Source: Antechinus flavipes (Eukaryota). From it: DNA of 64,000 bases. Positions 25,681-38,134 of the stretch are shown in pieces. The first letter of the stretch is position 1, and every line of letters begins with the position of its first letter. Both the position numbers and the translations under genes were made by a program. The stretch covers positions 491,908,001-491,972,000 of the forward strand of contig NC_067398.1 of assembly GCF_016432865.1 (NCBI RefSeq). Reading direction: 5' to 3'. The notes under the pieces were generated by a model that saw only the letters and a program-made list of their open reading frames with translations, searched no databases and was not told the DNA's origin.

Positions 25681-25814
25681 TATTAGATAAGGAAATTGAA
25701 GCTGAGTAATTTGCTCAGGATCACACAACTAATAAATGTCTGAGAGAGGATTTGAACTCAAGTCTTTCTAACTGTAATTCCAGTGCTCTTTTCCATTGTT
25801 CTAAATAAATATAT

Positions 25815-25990
25815 TATGGAGTAGGTAGGTGACACAGTGGACAGAACTCTGGACTTGGAGGCAAACCCTGTTTCCCTCAATTTCTTACCTGTAAAATAGA
25901 AACTTTGAAGAAGGAAATGGTGAACTACTTTCATATCTTTTCCAAGAAAACCACATAAAAATGAGGTCATGAAGAGTCAGATTGACTAAT
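25815..25990 (+). mobile_element. MAR1-type SINE
   Basis: gtaggtgacacagtggacagaactctggacttggag...aaggaaatggtgaactac...gtcatgaagagtcag. Confidence 0.7.
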
Positions 25991-26039
25991 GCTATTTAAA
26001 AATAACACATATTCTATACTCTGAATGTACAAAGATTAA

Positions 26040-26720
26040 AAAAAAATAATCCTCGCCTTCAAGAAATTTACAATTGAATGGGGGGGCAGCGGCAGCAGGG
26101 AATATGTAACTATATCAGCCTAATGCAAGGTAGCAAAAGGATAAAATGCTGTAAGAAAATTCAAGAAATCATATTCATGGAATCAAGTAGACCCCACAGA
26201 AGATGTGATATCCGAGGTGAACCTTGAAGGAAGGTAAGGTGTTTGAACTGGTGAAAATGAGAAAAGAATACATTTTAATCATGATGGCTGGATTGTATGA
26301 ATGCCTGGAGATGAGAAAAGGCAAGATGAGATAGGGAAGCAATTAGTGTTTCAGTATGGCTAGGTTAAGAAGAAAAATTATGAAATAAAGTTGGAAAGAC
26401 ATGGATCCAAATTGTGGTAGGTCTTAAATTCCTAATTGAGAGGTTTATATTTACCTCAATAGAAAATAAGGAATTGTTGAAAGTTTTTGAGGAGAGGAGT
26501 GATGTGATCAGATCTTTGCGTTAGGAAGATTATTTTGATAACTGTATGCTAGCATGAAGAGAGAAGAGAATGGGATTAGAGACTAGAGAGTTGGATGGTA
26601 GTAATCTCCGTAGAAGTAGGGTAATTGAGAGCAGATAAGATGATGAGTTCAGTTTTGGATACACTGAGTTTGAGATGCTAGTATTAAGTCTATGTAAAGA
26701 TAAATATCTAGAAAATGGCT
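26040..26720 (-). mobile_element. L2 LINE fragment
   Basis: gaaatttacaatt...gaaccttgaagga...gagttcagttttggatacactgagtttgagatgc is L2-like. Confidence 0.6.
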
Positions 26721-28429
26721 GGGAATTTAGAGAAATTACAATTAGAGGCTGCTTTATTGGTTATCAAAGGCTTCCAATCTTTATTTCCCTTGGTGCCCAG
26801 ACATGTGTGGTTACTTCCCAAGGAAAGTATTTTAGAGACTCTTTTCCAAATCAAATTTTGATTCTTGGAATACTTTCCAAAGTGCCATGAAGTGGTTTAG
26901 AGATCAAAATACTCTCTCCTTTGCCTCAATAAATAAAACCAAATAGGATAAATCTCTTTGGGAATCATCTTTCTTTTTGAGGAATAGATTTTTATTTCAG
27001 AGCTAGGGAGGGGCTGTTTGAATTACATGAATACCATTATTGTTAGGATAAGATATGAGGATAAAGTTCCTTCCCACTGAGATATAAATTTACCCCCTAG
27101 GATATAATAAGTTGATTCTTTCCTCAATGTGTTTTTTAAAAAGGCAAAAAGAAATTATAATAAATAAATAAATAAATAAGCATAAATAGCTTGTGACATT
27201 CAGGCCCCAAATGGCCTTTTACTTTGGCAAAAACTGTCAACTAGACATAAGGAGCCCATTTGTGCTAGTACCTCCACTACTGGTCTTGCTGCCTCCACTA
27301 CCATCAATTCCTTCTCTCCAAAGATTTTCTCTGGAGGAGCAAACAGTATAAGAAATATTGAACAACTATCTTGTAAAAACAATTGTAGTTTTCTTGTTCA
27401 AGGAAAAAAAAATGTAACCCAACACTTAAAATGCTGCCCTAGTGCTTTTTAAAAGCATTGTATATATTTTCTTGTATATTTCTTTTTTTCTTGTAGATTT
27501 ATACTTCTTTTGGAATGAAGAAATTATTAGAATTATTTTAATTAGGATAAAATATTGTAGTGTTTTCTCCCAGAAAACTCAAAACACAAAACTTTGCTGT
27601 ACTATTCTTTGTTACTGACTGCTGTTGTCTGAATTACTTTCTTGGTGACTCTCATTTTTACCAGATTTGGAAAAGATGGAGGCTTCATGTGCCACTTATT
27701 TATATCTCTTTACTCAATGTCATCTGAAATTTTCTTGCTGAATCAACTTTTAAAAGTCTCAGCTTTCATTTCATCAATCTTACCTCTGCTGGTGATCTGT
27801 CAAGCCCAGGGATTGAGGTTTTTCATTGCCCCAACACACACTTCAGAGATGTTTCAAAATTCACACTTCAAAATTAAAATATACATTTCCTATTCAGCAA
27901 CTGAGCCATGAAACAGATTCACATGGGACAAGGAAGTGGTAGGATAGAACAGAAAAAAAACTACAACACAGAAGCAAGTGATTCCTGGGGATTTAACTTT
28001 CTTCAAACATATTTCTTAGAGCTTGGGAAAAACTCATTTTTTGTGCTCATGGTATTATTTCTTTGTTCTACTCTGTCACTTCCTCATCCCACATGGTTCT
28101 GTTTTACGCCTCAGTCACCAAGTAAGAAAATGTAGATTTTTGGTTCAATTTTTACCTTTAAAGTATATTTTTGAAGTAAATATTAGTGCCAAAAATGTCT
28201 GTGTTGTGAGAGTCAGCTAGAAGCAAGGTTGGCCTATAAGGGCATCTTACACTCAGAATATTCTGGTTGTTGGGAAATTACATTATTTAGAGAAATGTTT
28301 TTACTATCCTCATCCTTGAATTGCAGAATATGTAACTAGAATCTTCTTAAGGCTGGTGAAACTTTGCTATATAGTCATAGTCACTTGATTTCAAAGTTGG
28401 AAGAAAGTACAGACTTTTTACCTGAAGCA

Positions 28430-28980
28430 TAAGTCCCCTCTATGATATCCCTAGAAGGTGGTTATTTAACTTGGTTTACCTTTCCTTCTTATTTCCTTTT
28501 TTTCTTACTTTGGCTTTTATGACTACTTTTTCACAGTTCTCCTGACTTTTTTCTGTCTCCTTTGTTCTTTTGTTGCTTCTCATTGTCTGCCAGCCACTTA
28601 AATTTAGAGTCCTCCTCTAAGTTTCTGTCCTTGACCTTCATATCTATAACTATTGCTCTCCTTGACTTCCTTTAGGTCCCAATTATAAGCCTACTTTCTA
28701 CAAGAAGTCTTCTCCAATCCCAGCTTTCCCTCTATTAATTATTTCCTATTTAATGTCTATATAGCCTGCTTTATATATATTGTTTGCATATTGTCTCCCT
28801 TATTATTAAGTTATAAGGATGATTTTGAGATTATGATTATGAGATTCTTATTATTAGATTATTTAAACTTATGAAACACTAGACGAGGCAGTTTTTTTTT
28901 TTGCCTCTTTTTGTATCCCCAGTTTTAGCACAATGACTGGCAAACAGTAGGACTTAATAAATGTTTATTGATGAAGGTGA
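28430..28980 (+). mobile_element. L2 LINE fragments including 3' tail
   Basis: Pyrimidine-rich L2 body; tail ttttgtatccccag...acagtaggacttaataaatgtttattga. Confidence 0.65.
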
Positions 28981-29139
28981 TGATGATTCTAGATTAGAGA
29001 ATAGCATAGGGAATAGCATCTTCAAGGGGGAGAGTGATGGCCTGAGAAAGAACTGAGTGGTAGAGGGAATAGAGGTCAGGGGGGAGTTGAAAAACAGGAT
29101 TAGTGTTTATTATGAATAGGGAATAATGGGAATAACATA

Positions 29140-29345
29140 AACAGGATATACTTGTATTTCAGAAAGGCATATGACAAAATCTCTCACGATATCCTTGTGG
29201 GAAAGATGAGGTAACATTGATTTGTATGACTATGGGTGGTCTATTTTGTTCATAACTTCACTTACTAAAGGCTTAGAAACCCTTTCTTTAATAATAGATT
29301 CTAGGAATTCATATGAAACTAATCAGCTTATGGTTTGAAGAAAAC
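29140..29345 (+). mobile_element. L3/CR1 RT fragment
   Basis: Translates IYLYFRKAYDKISHDILVGKM, matching the CR1 RT motif YLDFxKAFDKVxHxIL. Confidence 0.75.
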
Positions 29346-29619
29346 ACTTTTCTTTTTAGAGATTGAGACAATGTTTTCCCACACCTGATTCCTTTCCCTC
29401 TTTCTGTCTTTTCATACAAGTAATTTTAAATATTATAGGACTAAGAATAAATCCCCTAGGTATTCCACTAGGAATCATTAATGAGCATGTAACTTATCCT
29501 GAAAGCACCCTACCTATAAAACCCAACTTGCATCTCCTCTTTTATCTTTTAAAATGCTTAGCTGAAATGTAGATATACCACGCCTATAGATAACTTGACT
29601 TATCTCCAATGATTTTGTC

Positions 29620-30790
29620 AAAAAAAAAATTAGGAAATGAGGTTAATCTGGCATGGACTGTTGTTTTTGAACATCAAAAATATTCACTGATGTATTTTGT
29701 TTTGCACCAGCACTCACTTCCCAGTAAGGACCCAAACAAGTTCTCTTATTAAGTACCATTTCAGAAAATATCTATCTATTGTTAATAAAAAGAAGGCATA
29801 TTTTCTTTAATTTTGATAGAAGGGTATTAACATAAGCCATTATATTTGGCAAGAGTTTTGTTATCTCCCATTGTTGGCATGAACTCTTCTCTCTTTCTCT
29901 TTTAAAACGTATTACTTGTTTGTTACATTTTAAATTTTGAGTTGTTTTTCTCCTTTCCAACCCCACATGAATGAAGGCCAATATTTGATATTGATATATA
30001 TTCAGAACCATGCAATACTTGCTACTATATATCATTTATTTCTATGGAGTGGTTAGTATCTTCCTTTACAAGTCCTTGATAATTGATTTGAATTATCACA
30101 TTACTTAGAATGAGTAGTAATTCAGTTACTCTTTGAACATTATTGCTAGCACAATATACAACTTTCTCTTGGTTTTGCTCTTTTCTCTCTGCACTATTTT
30201 ATGGAGATGATTTGTTTTTGATGAACCCATGGTGAATTTTTGTTATTATCAATTTCCTTAATGCTTGCCAATCATTCCTTTATAATTCAGTTATGAACTT
30301 TGTTAGGAATTGAAACCAATCTGTAGTTTTCAGACACTATCTTTTATTTCTATTTTGAGATATCAGGGAAATATTTGCCCATATCTGGTTTTACAATACC
30401 TCTCTCCATCATTCAAGGATCATTTGATGACAGTTCATAGTCTCATCTATTGGTGGTTTCAATACTCTGCCATGTAGCTCATCTTGTTGGTATGGGTACT
30501 TGGAATTAGTGACCTCTTCCTTCCTCATTTAATTTGGTTTTATTCTAACCTCAGTCCAAAGATTACTTTCCTTGACAGAGAAAACAGAAGTAAAATTAGA
30601 ATTAAGTAGTTCTTCTTTCTCTTTTACATCTCTTAGCACCATCCAACCTTTAAAATAGTGTTTTATTCTCTTCTTTGATTATCTTCTTGCCTTCAATATA
30701 ACTCGAAAAACCCTTTTTCATGTCCTTAGATTTCATTGATGGTCTCAATTCATTTTGAACTTCAGAGATTCCTGGACATTTGCTGTTGAT
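29620..30790 (-). mobile_element. L3/CR1 ORF2 fragment interrupted by an L1-type 3' piece
   Basis: Minus strand near 30570-30625 translates EKEELLNSNFTSVFSVKE (CR1 KAELLNxxFASVF motif). Confidence 0.65.
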
Positions 30791-31785
30791 TCTGGGCAAA
30801 TCATTTAATTACTATCTATCTCAGTTCCGCATATATAAAATGAGAGTTGTAATAGCAGCTCCCTCAGAGGATTGTTATGAGGATCAAATGAGATAATATT
30901 TATAAAGTGTTTAGCACAGAGTCAGGTACATAGTAGGTATTTAATAAAAATTCTTGTTCCCTTCATTCTTCCCACTCCCCTATCATAAATCATAGGACTA
31001 TGCCCTATATTTATCTGCCTTTACTTGATCTTGCTTTTATTTTTTAGATGTAAAAAGCTTCTTCAGAGGACCTGAAACACAATATTCCCATGATGTTTTG
31101 GAGATTAAGAAATCATAATCCATGGGAGATTGGTTGAAATTATGTGTCCTAAAATGCTTTGGGACCAGAAATGATCTCTCCCTGGGAAAAATGCCCTCGG
31201 GTTGGGAAGAAGCCCCAAAGTTAAAATGTCAGGACGGGCCAAGGGGGAAAAAAAATGGAAGAGAAAGAAAAATGACTGCTTTGGCCCAGGCACCATATCC
31301 CAAGCAAGCCTAAGAGCTTGATCCAGGTATGCAGCATAACATAGGAGAACTCTCCGTTTTGTGCAAGCGCTGTTCCTTTACTTGGAAAAGAAAAACTATA
31401 AGCTTAGCACTGGATGTGATTGTGTAACATGGAAAATCTCACCCTTGACAGGAAACACTGTGCCTACAAGAGCATGAAAAGACTATCAAGGATCAGGTAA
31501 CACCGTTGGCTTAAGGATCAAGATATAGTACCTAATGTGTTTATCTGATGGGCAAGAACATTCTCTCCATTCCTCCAGTTTTAGAGATATAAAATAATCA
31601 CTAAAAAGACAAGCATTTCATGTTGTATATTTATTGTCATTTATTATTTATTAATATTTATTTATTAATGTCATTTGTTGCATATAGTAAAATATTCAAA
31701 TGGATCCATGCTTTCATCAATTGGATAATTCTTTCTGAACATGCATATTTGCAATGTATTGCCCAGCTCTAGTTGGACAACATAA

Positions 31786-32058
31786 CTCCTTCCTTCCTTC
31801 TTTTTCTTCCTTTTTCCCTTCCTCCCTCCCTCTCTCTCTCATTCTCTCATTCTCTCCCTCTCTCCCTTCCCTCCCCTCATTTCTTCCCTTCCCCTTCCCC
31901 TCCTTCCCCTCCCTCCTTTCCCTTTGTCTCCCCTCCTTCCTTTCCCCCTCTCTCCTTTCCCCCCTTCTTTTCCCCCTTTCTCCTTTCCCTCTCCTTCCTC
32001 CCTTCCTTTCTTCCTTCCTTCCTCCCTTCCTCCCTCCCTTCCTTCCTTCCTTCCTCTC
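31786..32058. repeat. ~270-bp polypyrimidine/polypurine low-complexity tract
   Basis: Almost exclusively C/T on +; (CCTT)n and (CT)n units. Confidence 0.95.
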
Positions 32059-32149
32059 TGTCACATGGGGAATCTTGCCCTTACTTAAAAATGCTTTTCC
32101 CAAAGGAATATAAATTTTGATTGCCGATTTCTTAAAGGCCCATGCCTTA

Positions 32150-32650
32150 AACTCAAATCATTCTGACTCTCGTTGATTGGCCAACAATTGATCCCAGTTA
32201 GAGCCTCATTTGGTTTGGGCTCAGATGGCTCAGAGTGAATGTAAATAATAATTGTTTCTGTTTTGGTTGGAAACCCTGAAGATTTTCCCCTACAAGGTTA
32301 ATTTTTTTGACTAGGTAAGAGAGGTTTTTCTTTGCCTCTATTCTTACCTAGTCTTAATCACTGAATGTTGCTGCCTTAGTGTTGCCTCAGGAATGAGTGT
32401 TGCTTCAGTCAAACTGAGACCCATTAAAGATTTTAGATTAAAAAGGCCAATGTCTCCTATTGCACCCAGAGCCATCTCTAGTCATTCTGATCTGTATCTG
32501 GCCACTGGACCTAGAGGGCTCCTGAGGAGAGAGTGAAACTGGTAGTTTTGCACAACCCAGCTTCACTTAAATCTGATTTATTGCAAGTCATAACATCATT
32601 TCCCTGATGTCATGATCCCTTTCAAGAATGAAGGACAAATGACTACAACA
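32150..32650 (-). mobile_element. RTE-related marsupial SINE (WALLSI-type)
   Basis: cagagccatctctagtc...gccactggacc...cacttaaatc...gatgtcatgatcc...gaatgaaggacaa; related to 45495-45685. Confidence 0.6.
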
Positions 32651-33447
32651 ATAATTTGCAGTGCAACTTGTCTATACCTGTTTCTTTTATGTAACTCTTA
32701 TCCATTTCTTCTAATTAAATTTATCACAAGAAGTTTCACCCAATTTGCTGGGAACTTCCTTATTTTCTGTTTACATAGTGAGGATATTAGCAAGGCACTC
32801 AGACTTATTTGTTTTCCTTCACTCTTACCACACAACTAACTTACCTTCTTTTTGTCTCATACATTTTGAAGATCACATCCTTTGCTCCAGTTCTTAATTT
32901 ATTATAAGCTCTAGCCTGCTCAGCCCTACCATGTGTCTTTCCATTGCCTGCTAAAGGATGCTTATTTCTAATTCCTTAAACACTGTGGAATTCTATGACT
33001 CATAGCCATAAACCAGTAGACTATAAGTATTAAAAAGATGGATCTTTGTTTCTGGGAGAAATTAGAGGTTATTTAAAGTACTTTTGCTTCTAGTTTTTTA
33101 TATATTTTGTTAATTTAGATTTTATTAAGGATGGGATCTACTCTGTAATACCAATTGCCAAAGTTTGTCTATTCTCCATTAATACTCTCATCAAGGATAC
33201 TTTAAATTCATTTGTGGATTTTTCTCATAAAAAGCTTATATAGACAGGAAAGTTGGCTTTTAGTCAATAGTGACTGATACTTTCTTGGTCTCCATTTTTA
33301 GTCTGTAATTTTCCCCACTCTTTTGGTATTCTTGTTATCTATCTGATAAGTAATTGATCAGGGACCTTACAATGTTGTTATTTCTAGGTTTAGAGAAGTT
33401 ATCATGGTCATAGCCACATGCTTCCCTATACATGTTTTATCATGAAG

Positions 33448-35518
33448 AAGTCTCTTTCTAACAAGCTAAACTTAATCAAAGATATGGTAAAAAGGAAATG
33501 GTTCATCATAAAGATGGACTTCATTGTTCCCATGAAGAACACAGAGAAAATCAATCACCAGAGAATCAAGCATCAATTCTTTTTTTCATTAATTAATTTA
33601 ATATTTTATTTTCCTCCATTTACATGAAAAATAATTTTTTACATTTATTTTTTAAACATTGAATTCCAGATTCTCTTCCTTCCTCACCCCTATCCCTCAC
33701 TTATTCTTTAGACAATACAATTGATCAACAAGCATTTATTAGGTACCTACTATATGTGAAGTATTTTGCTAAAATGTGTTCGTGTCTCTCTGTGGGCCTG
33801 TATACATACATATATCCAGAGAATAAATACCTAAAAAATCAGTACTGTTAGGGAGGAAGGGCACTATTGAGGATGGAACTAAGAAAGGCTTAAAGTAAAG
33901 GTCATGGTTGATAGTGCTTTGAAGTGAGGGATTCCATATTAGTTGCTCTTCTGAGCTATTTAGTTTAACTGGAATCTATTGCCGGCAAATCAAGGAAAGC
34001 CAGAATCATTTGGGTTAAAGGCATGGTACTTACCATATTTGACAAATACCTCTTACAACCCCTGGCTTTAGAGCTCGAATTGTTAAGGAAGAAATGATAT
34101 TTGTCCTTAAGGATTATGTAGTGGTCCAGAGGTGCTAATCCAGCTAACAGTTATCATCTTACTGAAGAATCTCCACTTTATGTGGATGAAGAAGGAAAAA
34201 AGCAAAGTTGTGTATGGGAATGAGGTTAAGGTCAGCCAATCAAAACAGAAAGCTCTCAAGTATTCCTTTCTAAATTTTGTTAAGGATGCTTTTTGGTAGT
34301 CTAACTGAGCCTGCATTTGCATAGTAGGAATGAAAGTGTCTCAGATTCTTGATTCTTGATTAAGAAGGAGGCAAAGAACCCAGAATGACACTATCTGGTC
34401 CTCTTTGGCCTTGTTAAAGTTGCAGACAAGATCCAGCTTAACGTGTTGGACAAAGTCAATGAGATGGTCCTCATTGTTTAGGTGGGTTTTGCTTTCTTTA
34501 AAGTGCTCAAAAAACATATTGATTGTTACTTGTCTGTCTGATGCAGAAAGAATCAGTTATAAAAGACCTATTGGTCAATGCTGAGAATTGTGAGGATATC
34601 TTTCCTGTAGATTTCATCAATATGAACAAATTTCCAACAATGGTCACTTCCAAGAATTCCAAGAGTTGTCAAGCAATCTAGATCTCCAGAACACTTGCTG
34701 GATAGAGGAATTTGTACCATGACTCTAGGGGCAATGATAAGTGTGTTTCACCCATGAATTGGGCCATTCAAATTGTGCAAGATGGGTCTATTGCAAGGGT
34801 CTATAGATGAGAAAACTTGACTCAAGGAATCAAAGAACTAATGACTGATGTGGGGAGATCCTCATTGATGTTACACACAAAGGGGATACTTTCACTTGTG
34901 TTAAATGAAACATTAAAGACAAAGTCCTGAGCACCAGTCATAGGACTTAACTTTTGTCTGCCTGTTTAAACAACTACTCAAAATGATCCCCCTAAGTAAA
35001 ATGGGGAACTTAGTAGCACTGACCTCATGGGATTATTGTGAGGATCAATGAGATAATATTTGTAAAACGCTTGGCAGAAAGCTTGGTACATAATAGGCAC
35101 TCAGTAAATGCTTTCTTCTTTAATTTGGTACTAGGCAAAATTTCTTTCTCAAAACTGGGAACTTTGAAGTGGCTCAGTCTACTGTGGACCCTGGATTTAC
35201 CTCCTATCAAATACCACCTGAATACATTTAGTATGTGTCTTAACTGTCATTGAAGTCTGTGAGTAGTTTATAGATTTCCTTGAGTTAAAAAAAATTCTAA
35301 GAAAGTTAAAGTTGCCATTGGCCATGTTTTCTTTTGAAGTAGGTCATTCTGCTTAGCTTTGTCAGTATTTCAAGAGCTGTTTTTGTCATTATCCACAGTA
35401 TGGAAACAAGATGAAAGACCAGTTTTTGGTGAAGGGGGAGGAAGTAAGGAAAAGTTGATGAACTGTTAAATAAATGTGTAAAAGTGTCAGCCCCAAAATA
35501 AAAATACAATAACAACAA
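33448..35518 (+). pseudogene. PGK1: Processed PGK1 (phosphoglycerate kinase) pseudogene, near full length including 3'UTR, interrupted by repeats at ~33581-34000 and ~34998-35117
   Basis: KSLSNKLNL...DFIVPMKN...QRIK (33448, ATG mutated to AAG) vs MSLSNKLTL...DFNVPMKN...QRIK; DKYLLQPLALEL; VADKIQLNVLDKVNEM (34419); GDTFTC..K*N..DKV; no introns; stops and frameshifts; 3'UTR block TGGAAACAAGATGAAA (35401) as recalled for human PGK1; A-rich end at 35495-35518. Confidence 0.93.
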
Positions 35519-37031
35519 GGTCCTCTATTTAACTGCAATAGTACTTTAGGGAATTAATTGTACCTTTATTTCCTTATGAAAATACCAGTGACTAGAAATA
35601 TTTTTAATGAAATGCTTATTTTTATGACTCTTCTGTGAAGCCTTCCCAGATTAATCCCACTTATTGCCAACCCCTCAACCCTTATGAATAGTTCCCTACA
35701 TTACTACCACTATGATTAGTTATGTACATTGTAGAATCATAGACCTTCAAGCCAGAAGGAACCTTGGAGACCATCTAGCTATTTGGTTCCATTTTGTCTG
35801 CTCCTATTTATGGGGACATGTGTCCCAGGAGGCAGCCAGAGTGTAGTGGAAGGATAATTGAATTTGGAGTCAGAATACAAGCTTCACATCTCTGCTACTA
35901 ATTAGGTGTCTTGCCTTCAATTCTTGGGACCTCAGCTTACTCATAAGTAAAATGGAGATATTAATATTTATATTACCTGTATTTTAGGTAGGATATTAGA
36001 AGGATCATGTAAGTGAAAAGTTGTGAAACTCTTTTGATACAGGACTATATATATGTAAAAGTTATTTGAATCATAGTACCTAACATAATGTCTGGCTGGA
36101 TTGATTGATTGATGAAAGATCCTCTAAGGCAAGGGACTAGATCTTCTCCTTCCATTCTATCTGCATCTTATATGAGTCTCTATAGATTCAGAAGACTCAG
36201 TAAATATTGTTGTTTGAGAAGAGTACAAGAGAGAAAGAAAAAAGCATATCTTCATGCATTAGACAAGAAATCAATGTCTGCTGTTGATTCTTCTGTTACT
36301 TTTCTTTTTTTTATATAATATTTTATTTTCTTCCCAATTACATGCTAAGATAACATTTTTAATATTAAAAAAACTTTAAGTTCCAAATTTTATTCCTTCC
36401 TCTCTCCTACCCATTCCCCCCTTCCTGGAAAAAAATCAATTATGTAAAGCATTTCCATATCAGTAATTTTGAATAAGGAGACTCAAAAAATAAAGTGAAA
36501 AATAGTATGCTTTAATCTGTATTCACACCTCTGTTATTCTTGAAGGCAAAATGGTATAATGATGCTCAACCTGGAATCAGGAAAACTATGTCTCAGGCAT
36601 TTATTAACTTTGGGATAATGAGTGAATTTCAGAGCCTTTGTTTCCATGTTATCTTTGTGATTTCAGAGCCTGGCATGTAGTAGATGCTTAATAAATGCTT
36701 ATGGATTAACTGATCTGTTAAAATTGGAATAATAGCACTTAGTACATTTTGCTTCACTGTGTTACTATGTGAAAAGCTCTTTGCAAAGCTTGAGGCACTA
36801 TGTAAATGTGAGTTATTATTATTCATTTATTAAGATGAGGAAGTTTGAGGAAACCAAGGCCAAAAAAAAAAATGAACTTGCTCAAGGCCTCCCAGTTAAT
36901 TAGTGGAAGAGCAGGGTATTGAAGCAGGTCTTCCTACTCCAAAATCATTTATAAAGCATGCACTCTGTGCAAGGTACTCTGGTGTAGGGGAGACATAGGT
37001 AATCCCCCTCCCCCAAATCCTTGTGACAAAG

Positions 37032-37372
37032 GAGCCTGGTATATGGTGAGCGTTCAGTAAATGCTTCCTTTCTTAATTTGATATTAGACAAAATTTCTTT
37101 CTTAAGACTGAACTGGGAATTTTGAAGCTCTCAGTGTACTGTGAACCCTGAGCTTATCTCCTGTCATATTAATCCTGAACATATTTAGTGTGTCTTAACT
37201 GTCATTGAGGTCTATCAGTAATTTATAGTTTTCCTTGAGTAAGAAAAAAAAAAAACATTCAAAGAAAGTTTCCACTGATCAGGTTTTCTTTTGAAGTAGT
37301 CACTCATTTTAGCTTTGTTAGTATTTCAAGAAATAAATAGAACTTCAGTGTTCAGTATACAGTATTTCAAGA
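37032..37372 (+). pseudogene. PGK1: Duplicate of the PGK1 pseudogene 3'UTR segment (copy B, sense part)
   Basis: Aligns to 35080-35375 at roughly 75-80%, including the L2-type tail (cagtaaatgc) of the repeat that had inserted in copy A. Confidence 0.85.
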
Positions 37373-37374
37373 AA

Positions 37375-37717
37375 ATTTATGGACCAATGCATGGCTGAAG
37401 CCCATTTCTTGTTGCCTTCAGAGTCATAGTCCAAATTCATCTATCTAGCAGGTGTACTGGAGGCCCATATGGCTTGACCACTCTTAGAATTCTCATCACA
37501 TTTGTTCATAGTGATGAACTCCATAGGAAGGGTATACTCACAGTGTTGACCAGTAGAGCTTTTATGACTTTGGCTCTCTCTGCATCAAACAGTCAAGTAA
37601 TAATCAGCACAGTTTTTGAGCACCCGAAGGAAAATAAAATCCACATAACCACTCATAATCATCTCATTGACTCTGTCCAGCATATTGTTAAGCTATATCC
37701 TATCTGCAACTTTAACA
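37375..37717 (-). pseudogene. PGK1: Inverted PGK1 pseudogene CDS fragment (copy B, antisense part)
   Basis: Minus strand: VKVADRI*LNNMLDRVNEM...LFDAERAKVIK...TLPMEFIT..DENSKSGQA...PAR*MNLD; homologous to 34413-34765. Confidence 0.92.
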
Positions 37718-38134
37718 TGGTTATGTTCATTATTATTACAATCATTATTTACCCTATCATCATTGGGCAAAATCTGGAAAGGATAGAGTGAAGGAAGAAT
37801 TAGTATGATTTGGGATGACCTGAATGGAAAGGTGTTAGTTAGAAGCAAATGAAATAATGATGCTCAACCTGTAAATTGAGCAGGGCTATGAGAATTGTTG
37901 CGGTTGTTGTTGTTCAATCGTTGTTGCTCATCCTTTTTACTTAAAGAGTTGTAATGACATCATTATTTTGGGGCAAGTACAATGTGTTCAACTGTGGCTG
38001 ATCAATCAATATTTAAAATCAACAACAACAATAATTAATAACATTAATATTTAATATCAATCAATATTTAAATCAATCAGTTGGAAGGCACCACCAGAGG
38101 TTGGACACAATTAGTCCTGACTCTTGTGGAAAGA

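Noticed and set aside
31506-31533. Weak similarity to the U2 snRNA 5' region (ttggcttaaggatcaagatatagtacct)
   Set aside because: Needs three gaps in 28 nt and lacks flanking U2 sequence, TSD or tail.
31717-32120. Three 115-128 aa ORFs
   Set aside because: Artefacts of the stop-free polypurine/polypyrimidine tract.
37032-37717. L1 twin-priming 5' inversion as the origin of PGK copy B
   Set aside because: The inverted CDS lies downstream of the sense 3'UTR, there is no poly-A, and B carries part of a repeat inserted in copy A, so it is a DNA-level copy.
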